Source: Fimbriimonadales bacterium (GTDB lineage: Bacteria; Armatimonadota; Fimbriimonadia; Fimbriimonadales; ATM1). Taken from it: 64,000 nt of DNA. Position numbers and translations under genes: made by a program. The notes beneath the pieces are model-generated. The model saw only the letters and a program-made list of their open reading frames with translations, had not been told where the DNA came from and ran no database searches. Location: positions 1 to 64,000 of the forward strand of contig JBPCLO010000031.1 of assembly GCA_051003155.1 (NCBI GenBank), written 5' to 3'. Shown piece after piece: positions 1 to 8,782 of this stretch (its first letter is position 1; every line of letters starts with the position of its first letter).

Positions 1-913
1 GGTACAAGCCTACCGTAGGCACGTCGTTCGCGACAGCAAAATGCAGGATGCCGTTGTCGATCGTGATAACCAGATCGGCTCCGGCCAGAGCACCGACAAC
101 TTGAGGCAGGGTCAATTTTCCCCTAAGATCCTCAGCAAGCCCCTCGTCTACCAAGGATTGCTCATCCTCATCGGAGTGATAAAACTCGCGCTGCCTCTGG
201 GGTGGCGCCCCGAGCAGGCCCACTCTTTCACCAAGTTCCCGAAGCATGTTCCGCCATTTTTCGACCGGCCAAAGCTTTTCGGGAAGCGTGCCTCCTGTGG
301 ATATCAGCACATCGGGCATGGCCGACGGAGGTTCTTCTACGGGAAACGAGTAACGTGGCAGCCCTCCGGGCCAGGGCGCGTCTTCGAGCGGAGGAATGTA
401 GGCCAGCTTGTAAAACATCTCGCCGATGAAGCTGGTTTCCAAAAACGTGTATCTGTCGGCGACATCCTCTGCGGTCCACTTCATGTCGCGCCAAAGATCG
501 CCACGCTCATCCTGCGGGAACTCCCACACTCCGCGCGAATCTGGAGACAAGCACGGGCCGCAAACCAGGGTCTCGCCAGTTGCGAGGAGGGCGGCGAGAG
601 CCCGGTTGGCATGCCCTGCCTCGATGCTGACAACCAGATCATATCCGCCAAGCTCATCGCGACGTTTCGCCCCGCGCACAGCCGACTCACTGAACGGTGT
701 ACCGTGTACCGAAGTTCTCCAGGAAAATAGCGTGCCCGCGGACTCGAGTTCGGCCGTGCGTTCGCCACCATAGAAATCCAGTGTGCAGCCGGGATACTGA
801 GCGATTAGCCCTTGCGCCAGTGGAGTGCAAATCGCAAAATTTCCGAGGGCGTCATTGGCCATCAGCGCGATAGAAGGCCGATGTGGAAGGGGCTGGCCGG
901 CAAACCTATGCAT
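1..913 (-). CDS. Glycosyltransferase family 9 (ADP-heptose:LPS heptosyltransferase-like), runs off the left edge
   Basis: Not in the ORF track because it has no stop in the window. Manual translation from ATG at 913: MHRFAGQPLPHRPSIALMANDALGNF...STGGTLPEKLWPVEKW...DLRGKLTLPQVVGALAGADLVITIDNGILHFAVANDVPTVGLY, matching the GT9 K.WP, DLxGK and D(S/N)GxxH motifs. Confidence 0.85.
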   Translation of the reverse strand, partial: MHRFAGQPLPHRPSIALMANDALGNFAICTPLAQGLIAQYPGCTLDFYGGERTAELESAGTLFSWRTSVHGTPFSESAVRGAKRRDELGGYDLVVSIEAGHANRALAALLATGETLVCGPCLSPDSRGVWEFPQDERGDLWRDMKWTAEDVADRYTFLETSFIGEMFYKLAYIPPLEDAPWPGGLPRYSFPVEEPPSAMPDVLISTGGTLPEKLWPVEKWRNMLRELGERVGLLGAPPQRQREFYHSDEDEQSLVDEGLAEDLRGKLTLPQVVGALAGADLVITIDNGILHFAVANDVPTVGLY

Positions 914-915
914 AT

Positions 916-1731
916 TTACTTCGCACGCACCTCGACCTCGATGCTCATGCGAACCCTAGCCCCTCTCTTGTCTCCCGGTATCTCGACGATTGCCTCTTGT
1001 GATAGGTCAGCCGAGTGGAGAGTGCCGTTCGATACCCGATAAAAGTATCGACCACTCATTTTAAAACCAGGCAAGCTGCCCGACCCCGACATATCGACGC
1101 GGTGCAATGAAACGCTAGCTCGTTCCGCCACGCCCCGGTACACGTACGATTCGTCGATTTTGACGTCGCCGAACGGGGGCATATTCCGCACGGAGGTACT
1201 CGACCACTTCGATCCCCGGGCTACCTTGGCTTCGGGAAACCGGATGAAACCGATGCCGTGAATTCCCGAAGCCAAGCCCTCGATGTCGCTAAGAACGCGG
1301 CCACTGCCGTTCACGGTGATTTCGCCCGATTGGTGCTTTGGGCGCCACTCCCCCTGAACTTCTTCACTCTCGGTCTTCAGAGGAGTCGACGTAACCTTGA
1401 GCTTGTAGGCACCGTCCAGCACCCCGACAACGGTGGTCGAGAATGACATGGCGATCGTCTTGGTTTGGAGGACGCCTGCGGGCGGCGTGGGTGAACCCTT
1501 CACGGCGTCGACCGCGATAGTTCCCGAGAAGAGGCTTTCCAGCATGTCCCCTTTCTTCAGCCTCAGCCTCAGATGAACTCCGTTCTGGACGGGAGTCGGC
1601 TCACGAAAATCGGTTGCAGGCTCGACGGAACCCGTGGGCTCCTGTACCGGATGTGAACCGGGCGCCTTAGCCGTCTCTTCGGAACAGCCCAAAAGCATTA
1701 CGGCCAGGATGATCGTCGTTAGCGGTCGCAT
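916..1731 (-). CDS. Hypothetical lipoprotein
   Basis: ATG at 1731 gives MRPLTTIILAVMLLGC (lipobox LLGC), a Pro-rich linker and a beta-rich domain; stop lies 2 nt before the GT9 start. Confidence 0.75.
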   Translation of the reverse strand: MRPLTTIILAVMLLGCSEETAKAPGSHPVQEPTGSVEPATDFREPTPVQNGVHLRLRLKKGDMLESLFSGTIAVDAVKGSPTPPAGVLQTKTIAMSFSTTVVGVLDGAYKLKVTSTPLKTESEEVQGEWRPKHQSGEITVNGSGRVLSDIEGLASGIHGIGFIRFPEAKVARGSKWSSTSVRNMPPFGDVKIDESYVYRGVAERASVSLHRVDMSGSGSLPGFKMSGRYFYRVSNGTLHSADLSQEAIVEIPGDKRGARVRMSIEVEVRAK

Positions 1732-1837
1732 TTGATCAAGGATGATTTTACACGGGTTCGGTTGCGCTTCAGACCTCAGCGTGGCGTATTGTGCAGCGCT
1801 GTGATTGGCCCTGGTGCAGGTAAAGTGCGAGCGCGGC

Positions 1838-2227
1838 ATGAAAACGATTCTAATCGCCGAAGATGTTGTGGAACTGCGCGAGCTTGCAGCCACTATCTTG
1901 CGTGACTCAGGCTACCACGTGTTGCTCGCAAACAGCCATATGCAAGCCGTCAAGGTTGCAGGCCTCTACGAGGGCACGATCGACGCTATGGTACTCAACG
2001 GCGACCTGCGTACGAAAGGTAGTCAGGAGGCGATCGAGGAGATTTGCCGACAGCGCGAAGAGATCAAACTCTTATTCGTGGTAGGCGAAAACGGCGAAAA
2101 CCACCTTCTCGACCGTGAGGGAATCGAATTTCTGGTCAAGCCTTACAAGGTCGAAGATCTTTTATCCAAGATTCGCGGGCTGCTTCGCGAGGACGCTGTG
2201 GACCCCTGCGAGCATATCGTAGGCTGA
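1838..2227 (+). CDS. Single-domain response regulator receiver (atypical: Asn at the phospho-Asp position)
   Basis: MKTILIAEDVVELREL...IDAMVLNGDL...FLVKPY CheY-like pattern. Confidence 0.8.
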   Translation: MKTILIAEDVVELRELAATILRDSGYHVLLANSHMQAVKVAGLYEGTIDAMVLNGDLRTKGSQEAIEEICRQREEIKLLFVVGENGENHLLDREGIEFLVKPYKVEDLLSKIRGLLREDAVDPCEHIVG

Positions 2228-2311
2228 TCAAAATTTTCCGAATTCGCCCGAAATGCGCACAACCGGACAGGTTTGCGATGGGCATCCGGAAATATAGTCC
2301 TGTCGTCGCCA

Positions 2312-2936
2312 ATGAAGTACAGCTTCGATATTCCAAGGTTTCTCGAATGGGTAGTCCAAACGTGGGCCCCTGCCGGCAGAATGGCAGCGCGCGCGGCTTA
2401 TAGCCGATCCCACTTCTCCAGGCTCTTCGCGAACGGTGTCGGCGAAACACCCCGTATACTGAGGCGCCGGCTGCAACTGGAAGCTGCCGCACACCTCTTG
2501 ACGCGCACCAGGTTCGGCGTCGGCGAGATCGCGGTCGAGGTCGGCTACGCCACACCGGAGGCGTTCGCGAAAGCGTTCAAGACAGCGTACGGCGTTTCAC
2601 CGAGGCAATTTCGAGCTGAGGGCGCCGAGAATCTCCGATTGGAAACCAAGTCGGGAATCCACTTTCATCCGAGCGGACTTATCAGAGGTCGAAGACGAGG
2701 GACTGATGGCTTCGGAGTTTGTAGACGCCCTCTGCGACCCGCCCGAGCGCTTTCAATACGGCGCGGTGCTTGCGCACATTCTCACGTTCTCGGCCTACCG
2801 TCGGCAGCTCGCATTTGCCGCGTTGACCCAAACGGGCCGAGACATCGGTTACGGCGACCGATTACTTGGTCCCGTGGCGAGAGGGTCGGCACGGCCGGCT
2901 GCTGATCGACAAAACAGGCCCCTACGGCGTGTGTGA
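2312..2936 (+). pseudogene. AraC HTH / DinB-like fusion regulator, internally deleted and frameshifted
   Basis: AraC HTH (SRSHFSRLF...GETP...EIAVEVGYATPEAFAKAFKTAYGVSPRQFR...SGIHFHP) in one frame; DinB-like C-terminus (FVDALCDPPERFQYGAVLAHILTFSAYRR) begins in another frame at about 2706. Confidence 0.7.
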
Positions 2937-3671
2937 TACTCGCGTACCCGTCCAGGGGCCCGGTTCTTGATCCACGTCGTCGTAGCCCCATCGGCCGGTG
3001 AAGGAGTTCCCGTCCTCAGACAGGGTGAAGGCGCCGGGGCCGCCTCGGCCACTTCCACGTTCGAGCCAACGAAACCGCATGAAATCGCCGGTTACGGAGC
3101 CCTCGATCACTCCATCTCCGCTCGTGTAAGTTCCCGCAACTCGCTGGCCGGTAACCGCTAGCCGCATCTGCCCGTACGTCGTGTTCCAAGTTCCGGTGAA
3201 CGTACCGCGGCCGAGCACGACGACGTAAACGGGCTTCAGGTTCAAAGCCTCTATAACCGGCTTCGCCATTTCTGGTTCGAGTTTTTGGGAGAGTATCTCT
3301 ACCGTGCCCGCCTCAGTCGCACCAACGGTTCCGTACAGCTGAGCCTGCGAGCGCGCGTAGGCGATGACGTCCGCGGCTTTCCAAACCTTATCCTTGGGCG
3401 CCGGCGGAAGGTGCAACTTCGCCCAACTCGAACCCTGAGGCAATGCTTTGGCGAGCCGTTGCACGTGATCCTCGAAGTTTTGTGCCGTTACCTTAGGGTC
3501 CCTTATCACCGTTACGCGAAGGCTATGGGCGCGCGGATCGAGGTAAAGGTTGATCCCTGTCGCTTTGGTCAAGCTCGAGGCGAATTCCGAGGCAAGAATG
3601 CTCTGTTGCCGAGCGAACCCCAGCGACACGAGAACGGCAAATCCCAAAAGCAGCCTAACATTGGATGACAT
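2922..3671 (-). CDS. Secreted hypothetical protein with a C-terminal beta-barrel-like domain
   Basis: Signal peptide MSSNVRLLLGFAVLVSLGFA; RBS GAGG; C-terminal FTGTWNTTYGQMRL...FTGRWGY. Confidence 0.75.
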   Translation of the reverse strand: MSSNVRLLLGFAVLVSLGFARQQSILASEFASSLTKATGINLYLDPRAHSLRVTVIRDPKVTAQNFEDHVQRLAKALPQGSSWAKLHLPPAPKDKVWKAADVIAYARSQAQLYGTVGATEAGTVEILSQKLEPEMAKPVIEALNLKPVYVVVLGRGTFTGTWNTTYGQMRLAVTGQRVAGTYTSGDGVIEGSVTGDFMRFRWLERGSGRGGPGAFTLSEDGNSFTGRWGYDDVDQEPGPWTGTRVSHTP

Positions 3672-3739
3672 GGTTTCCTCTTATCCGGCATTCTATCTCG
3701 GGCCAACGCCCGAATCCGCGTCGGACGCCATAATCCTTC

Positions 3740-4378
3740 ATGGCTTTCCGCAGCTTTGGGAGCATGGACCTCAGCCCGTCCGAGTGCTACGAAATGCTCG
3801 TGAACGTCGTCACTCCCAGGCCGATCGCCCTCGTCAGCACGATCTCGAACGAGGGAGCGCCAAATCTCGCGCCGTTCAGCTATTTTCAGCTAGGCGGTAC
3901 GAGTCCGCCGAGCCTGATGATTTCCCCGACGCTGTCGCCGGAAGGCACCGAGAAAGACACGCTCGTCAACGTTACGGCAACCGCCGAGTTCGTTGTGAAC
4001 ATCGTGACACGCGAAATGGCCGAAGAAATGAACATCACGAGCACTAGAATTGGGCCGACCGAAAGCGAATGGATGCTGTCGTGCTTCTCGCCGATCCCCT
4101 CAGACATGGTCGGGCCGGCGAGGGTCGCAGAAAGCCCAGTTCATCTCGAATGTAAGGTATTCACGATAGTCCGCCATGGCGAGGGGCCATCCGCGAGCAA
4201 TTACGTTATCGGCGAAGTAGTAAAATTTCACGTCGACGAAGCGGCGCTCGATGGGCAGAAGATTTTGGCCGAAAGGCTGCACACGGTAGGCAGGTTGGGC
4301 GGCGATAACTACATCGACACCGGCGTGCCCGAACGGTTCCGTTTGGCGCGCCCTTCGACGCCATTTACCCGTCAGTAA
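3740..4378 (+). CDS. Flavin reductase-like family protein (FMN-binding split barrel)
   Basis: VTPRPIALVST...NLAPFSYF...KDTLVNV...EFVVNIV...RVAESPVHLEC...GRLGG motifs. Confidence 0.9.
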   Translation: MAFRSFGSMDLSPSECYEMLVNVVTPRPIALVSTISNEGAPNLAPFSYFQLGGTSPPSLMISPTLSPEGTEKDTLVNVTATAEFVVNIVTREMAEEMNITSTRIGPTESEWMLSCFSPIPSDMVGPARVAESPVHLECKVFTIVRHGEGPSASNYVIGEVVKFHVDEAALDGQKILAERLHTVGRLGGDNYIDTGVPERFRLARPSTPFTRQ

Positions 4379-4423
4379 AGATGGCCGCTGCGAAGGCACG
4401 CTCGTAACCATTCCGGAGATACA

Positions 4424-7400
4424 TTGCGACTCAAAAGCATCAAGATATTCGGGTTCAAGTCCTTTGCTGATAAGCTGGAAATAGACGTCGATGGGAACCT
4501 CGTCGCGGTTGTCGGCCCGAACGGGTGCGGCAAGAGCAACATCGTCGATGCTATCCAGTGGGCCTTGGGCGAGCCCAGCGCCAAGAACCTGCGCGCAGGT
4601 CAAGCGACCGACGTCATTTTCAGCGGATCCTCTCGGCGAAAAGCCTTGGGATACGCCGAGGTTAGCCTTGTCTTCGACAACGATGACGGCTCATTGCCCG
4701 TGGCAACGACCGAAGTGGTTGTCACGCGAAAGCTTGACCGGAAGGGGGAGAGCGGCTACTCGATCAATCGGCACGCCTGCCGCCTGAAGGATATCTACGA
4801 GCTTTTCGCAGACTCGGGGCTGGGGCGCACCGGCTACGCCGTGGTCAGTCAGAAGGACATCGACGCCGCGCTCAGCGCACCGCCCGAGGAGCGACGCATC
4901 TGGATAGACGAGGCTGCCGGCGTTCAACGGTACCGGACGCGCAAGGTCGAAGCCCTCAGGAGGCTCGAAAGCGCGCTCCAGCACCTGCAGAGAGTCAACG
5001 ACGTTGTCTTCGAAATCGAAAACCAACGTGAACCGCTGCGCGACCAAGCCGAAGCGGCCAAACTCTACAAGCAGGCGCTGGCGAGCCTGCGCGAAGTCGA
5101 ATCTGGCTTGCTGCTCAAGGAAGCGGCAGACCTCGGGGCCGAGATCTCTCGGCTGGAGGCTTCGATCCTGGGTAAGCGCACCGATGCGGACCGAAAGAGA
5201 AAGAGCGTGCGAGAGGCCGACGAAGAGTCGCTGCAATTCGCATCGAAGATCTCCGAAGTTGAATCGATCCTCGATTCGCTCAGGGCGGCAGTGCAATCGA
5301 TTTCGACTACGTTGGAAAGGGCGCTTTCGAAGAAGGCTCTTGCCGATCAGCGCCTCAAATCACTGGACGAACTCAACGCGGACAGCGGGCGCGAGGCCGA
5401 GGCGGCCAAGGAACGTATTGCGAGGGCCGAGAAAGCTGCGGACGCGGCACAGCGCGACGCTTACGCTGAAAGCGCTTCCGTCGAGCAGTTGCTCACCCTC
5501 ATTCAGGGCTCGGTATCTCATGCCAGCACGCTCGTCGACGAACTCGCGGCTGCCGACAAGAAACTGGCGGACGCTAGAACCGTGCAGGTTCAGATGATCG
5601 AGCAGGCGGCGAAGCTAGCCCAAGCCGCGGAGCGGAAGGAGAAGATCGCTCGCGAAGCGCAAGACGCCTCGGCAGCCCTCCCAGAGCTACAGAAAGGTGA
5701 GGCGGAGGCCGAGCTGAGCTTGGAATCTGCGAAAGCCGCCCTTTCGGAAGCCAGGGCTGCAGAGCAGCGACTTTCCGAAAACCGTCGACTCAAAGCTGAT
5801 GGACTGCGAAAAATCGAAGAAGAGCGTAGGGGCGCCTTAGCCGAGCGTGCGCAGCTGGCCGGCCGAATGGAGGGTCTGCAAGGAACGTTGGAATCGTTCG
5901 AGGGCCTGCCTTCCGGGGCGCGAATGCTTCTGAGCGCAGCCAAGGAAGGCCGAGTGGCGGGAGATTTCCTCCCGGTCTCGTCGGCAGTGCAAGCTCCGGC
6001 CAAGATTGCGCAGGCGATCGAGTCGGCTCTCGGCACATCGGCGGGAGACCTGATCACCTCTAATTCCAAGCATGCCAAGGCGGCTATCGACCTGTTGAAA
6101 GCCGAGGGCCTCGGCAGGGCGACGTTCCTTGCGGCGGACTTGGTGAACCCGAGGCCGCGCCCAAAGGACATGGATTCCCTTCTGAAGAAAGGCGCCCTCG
6201 GTGTCGCCGCCGACATGGTTTCGTGCAAGAAGGAGCACAAAACAGCCATCGAGTTGCTTCTCGGCGGGGTGGTCATCGTCCAAGACCTGGATACTGCAAC
6301 ACGCTTAGCCAAGGAGCCTGGCTACCGCAAGATCGCGACGCTCGAGGGCGAGGTCTTGTTCGGAGGCGGGGCCGTGTCGGGCGGGCGAAATGCGAAGCAG
6401 GCCGCTGGCCCGATCCGAGTTAAGGCTCAACTCGGCGAAGCGGCGGAACGGCACTCGCAACTCGATAAAGCGATCTCCGAATTAGAAGCACAGGTCGAAA
6501 TGGTGATTGCCGAAGACACCAGCGCGGCAGCGGAGGCCGACGACCTCCGGTCCGATATCCAAGCGAAGGAAACCGAGGTTGCCGAAGCGATCCATTGGCT
6601 CACCGCCGTGCGCGAGGAACGCGCCGCCACGGAACGTTCCGTGGCCAAGCTCGAAGAAGAACTTGCTGGAACGGTATCCCTGCTGGCTGCGTCCACAGGC
6701 TCCCATGAAGGGCCTGCCTCGGCAGAGGAATTGGAGGCGGAGCGCAACAGGCTGTTGGGCGCAGTAGCGGCAATGTCTGCCGACAGCGAGCAAGCGAAGA
6801 GGGCCCTCAATGAAGGGCGGGAGCGTCTTGAAAACGCCAAGGCGCGCCTGTCGCGTGCGTTGGTCGAGCTTGAGGAGGCCAAAGCCTACGACCGGTCGCG
6901 TGAGAGCCGCATCGGGAATATCGGCGCGGAGCGTGAGCAACAGGAGCGGCAGATCGGCGAGGCCGCGGCTGAGGCGGAGAACCTCAAGTCAAAGATGGCC
7001 GCCAAGCAGCAAGAGCTCGAAGCCGCTCAAGATAGACGCCGACAGCTCTTGGAACAGAGCTCCATGAACGCTTCTGCAGCGAAGACTTTGCAAGGGGAGG
7101 CGCGGGTGCTGGAAGACTCCGCCTATGCCGACGATATCGCTCGTGCCCGAGCAGAAACGAAGCGCGCAGCCGGGTTGGCTCGGCTCCTCGAGGAGTACGC
7201 GGTCAACGAGGACGAGGCGGCGGAACAGGCACCTCTTGTCGAACTGCCGCCCGACGCGCAACGCGTTGCCGGAAGGCTGCGCCGCGAGATTCGCGAGTTG
7301 GGTGACGTCAACCTGGGAGCGATCGAGGCATTCGAGCGCCTGACCGAGCGACTCGGCACGCTTACGCTCCAGCGCGAGGACATCCTGGGATCGAAGGCGG

Positions 7401-7915
7401 AGCTCGACCGTAGCGTCGGTGAGCTCGACCGGCTGACCCGAGGCGCATTCGCAGAGACCTTCGACATGGTGAACGCAGCGTTCGGCGAAATGTTCAAAGA
7501 CCTGTTCGGTGGCGGCGAGGCGAAGCTCATTCTTACCAACCCCGAGAACATCCTCGAATCCGGCGTGGACGTAGATGTCCTAATCCCGGGCAAGAAGGCG
7601 CAACGGCTGGAACTCCTTTCCGGTGGCGAGAGGGCGTTGGCGGCGTGTGCTTTTCTCTTTGCTTTGCTGAAAGTGAAGCCAAGTCCGCTTTGCGTGCTGG
7701 ACGAGCTCGATGCACCGCTCGACGGCCGAAACGTGGAGCGCTACGTGCAGATTCTGCAACGGTTCGCGGCTGATGCCCAATTCATCGTGATCACGCACAA
7801 CCCCACCACCATCGAGGCAGCTCCAATCTGGTTCGGCGTCACGATGCAGGAACCCGGTGTTTCTTCCGTCATTCCTTACAAGGCGAAGACGCCTGCGCTG
7901 ACCAGCAACAATTAA
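4424..7915 (+). CDS. smc: Chromosome segregation protein SMC
   Basis: FKSF, Walker A GPNGCGKSN, coiled coils, hinge (GRATFL...GGAVSGG), LSGGE signature, Walker B LDELD; TTG start with RBS GGAG. Confidence 0.97.
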   Translation: MRLKSIKIFGFKSFADKLEIDVDGNLVAVVGPNGCGKSNIVDAIQWALGEPSAKNLRAGQATDVIFSGSSRRKALGYAEVSLVFDNDDGSLPVATTEVVVTRKLDRKGESGYSINRHACRLKDIYELFADSGLGRTGYAVVSQKDIDAALSAPPEERRIWIDEAAGVQRYRTRKVEALRRLESALQHLQRVNDVVFEIENQREPLRDQAEAAKLYKQALASLREVESGLLLKEAADLGAEISRLEASILGKRTDADRKRKSVREADEESLQFASKISEVESILDSLRAAVQSISTTLERALSKKALADQRLKSLDELNADSGREAEAAKERIARAEKAADAAQRDAYAESASVEQLLTLIQGSVSHASTLVDELAAADKKLADARTVQVQMIEQAAKLAQAAERKEKIAREAQDASAALPELQKGEAEAELSLESAKAALSEARAAEQRLSENRRLKADGLRKIEEERRGALAERAQLAGRMEGLQGTLESFEGLPSGARMLLSAAKEGRVAGDFLPVSSAVQAPAKIAQAIESALGTSAGDLITSNSKHAKAAIDLLKAEGLGRATFLAADLVNPRPRPKDMDSLLKKGALGVAADMVSCKKEHKTAIELLLGGVVIVQDLDTATRLAKEPGYRKIATLEGEVLFGGGAVSGGRNAKQAAGPIRVKAQLGEAAERHSQLDKAISELEAQVEMVIAEDTSAAAEADDLRSDIQAKETEVAEAIHWLTAVREERAATERSVAKLEEELAGTVSLLAASTGSHEGPASAEELEAERNRLLGAVAAMSADSEQAKRALNEGRERLENAKARLSRALVELEEAKAYDRSRESRIGNIGAEREQQERQIGEAAAEAENLKSKMAAKQQELEAAQDRRRQLLEQSSMNASAAKTLQGEARVLEDSAYADDIARARAETKRAAGLARLLEEYAVNEDEAAEQAPLVELPPDAQRVAGRLRREIRELGDVNLGAIEAFERLTERLGTLTLQREDILGSKAELDRSVGELDRLTRGAFAETFDMVNAAFGEMFKDLFGGGEAKLILTNPENILESGVDVDVLIPGKKAQRLELLSGGERALAACAFLFALLKVKPSPLCVLDELDAPLDGRNVERYVQILQRFAADAQFIVITHNPTTIEAAPIWFGVTMQEPGVSSVIPYKAKTPALTSNN

Positions 7916-7936
7916 GAGCAATTGTCTGCCTCACGC

Positions 7937-8023
7937 GTCATTCCGACCGGAGCCAAGCGCAGTGTAGGAATCTGCTACCAGGCTGCACCCCTATTTAGAT
8001 CCGTCGACTTTGCTCGGGATGAC
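7937..8023. repeat. REP-like imperfect palindromic element (GTCATTCC...GGAATCT...AGATCC...GGGATGAC)
   Basis: Terminal inverted repeat GTCATTCC/GGGATGAC with internal GGAATCT/AGATCC arms, between the convergent smc and histone-like genes. Confidence 0.55.
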
Positions 8024-8055
8024 GATCCTGCCCAGCGAAGCGGAACCGCGAACGA

Positions 8056-8361
8056 TTACTCGGACTTCGTGGCGGCTTTCTTAGCGGGAGCCTTCTTAGC
8101 GGGAGCTTTCTTAGCGGGAGCCTTCTTGGCTGCGGGCTTCTTCGCCGTGACCTTCACGGGCTTCGCCTCCGCAGCCTCCTTCTTGGCCTTCGGGGCTGCC
8201 GCCATCGTCTCGACCTTGGGCTTGGGCACTGCCTTGGGCTTGGGCGCGGCGGCCTTAGGCGCTTCGGACGGGAGGTCGAAAGCGTAGACCGTCCTGCCCT
8301 TCATCCGTTGGGCGGTTGTGCGTCGTCTCTTCGGCTGCCTGTCGTTCCTTTCGATTCCCAT
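8056..8361 (-). CDS. Small basic histone H1-like protein with KKAPA repeats
   Basis: MGIERNDRQPKRRRTTAQRMKGRTVYAF followed by AKKPAAKKAPAKKAPAKKAPAKKAATKSE; RBS AGGA upstream; 15-bp tandem repeats. Confidence 0.8.
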   Translation of the reverse strand: MGIERNDRQPKRRRTTAQRMKGRTVYAFDLPSEAPKAAAPKPKAVPKPKVETMAAAPKAKKEAAEAKPVKVTAKKPAAKKAPAKKAPAKKAPAKKAATKSE

Positions 8362-8433
8362 TATCTTTCCTAAAGTCGGCGTCAAGGATACCCGACTGGG
8401 TAGAGCGCCGAGGCCGCGAGAGCGACTCCCGAA

Positions 8434-8468
8434 TGCAGACTGCAGACTGCCGCCTGCCGACTGAGAAT
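8434..8468. repeat. Degenerate heptamer tandem repeat (TGCAGAC)
   Basis: TGCAGAC TGCAGAC TGCCGCC TGCCGAC TGAGAAT. Confidence 0.6.
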
Positions 8469-8493
8469 CTGTCATATGACCTCAGGCACGAAC

Positions 8494-8660
8494 GTCCGAA
8501 GGCAGCCAATGGCCTTACGCTCGATGGAAAGGAGCCGACGGAACTGCGACCCACTCTGGTCGAAAGGCCGGTGCGTGGAGTGCCACGGGCGATCTATGCC
8601 AGTGGGTTCGAGTTATCGCCATCGAGCCGATGTACACCCTCGACCGCAGAGGGTGCGGAC
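8494..8660. ncRNA. Candidate structured non-coding RNA of unrecognised family
   Basis: Nested stems GTCCG/CGGAC, GCTCGATGG/CCATCGAGC and ACCCACT/AGTGGGT closing three contiguous hairpins (one with a GAAA tetraloop), plus side hairpins AAGGC/GCCTT and CACCCTC/GAGGGTG. Confidence 0.55.
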
Positions 8661-8782
8661 AGAATTAAACTGAAAAAGCGTTACCTAACATGCTCGCCCG
8701 GTCGATCTGCGAGTGCGGTTCAGACTCGATGAGAACGTGGCGGGCCAAGATACTTTAGTAGACGGAGGTATACTGTATTGCC

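Noticed and set aside
41..730. 229-aa plus-strand ORF
   Set aside because: Antisense shadow of the GT9 gene on the minus strand
8549..8620. Possible tRNA (cloverleaf-like fold with GGTTCGA)
   Set aside because: No 7-nt anticodon loop on a 5-bp stem, no T-stem closing the TTCGA loop, and arm geometry does not fit; kept as an unknown ncRNA candidate
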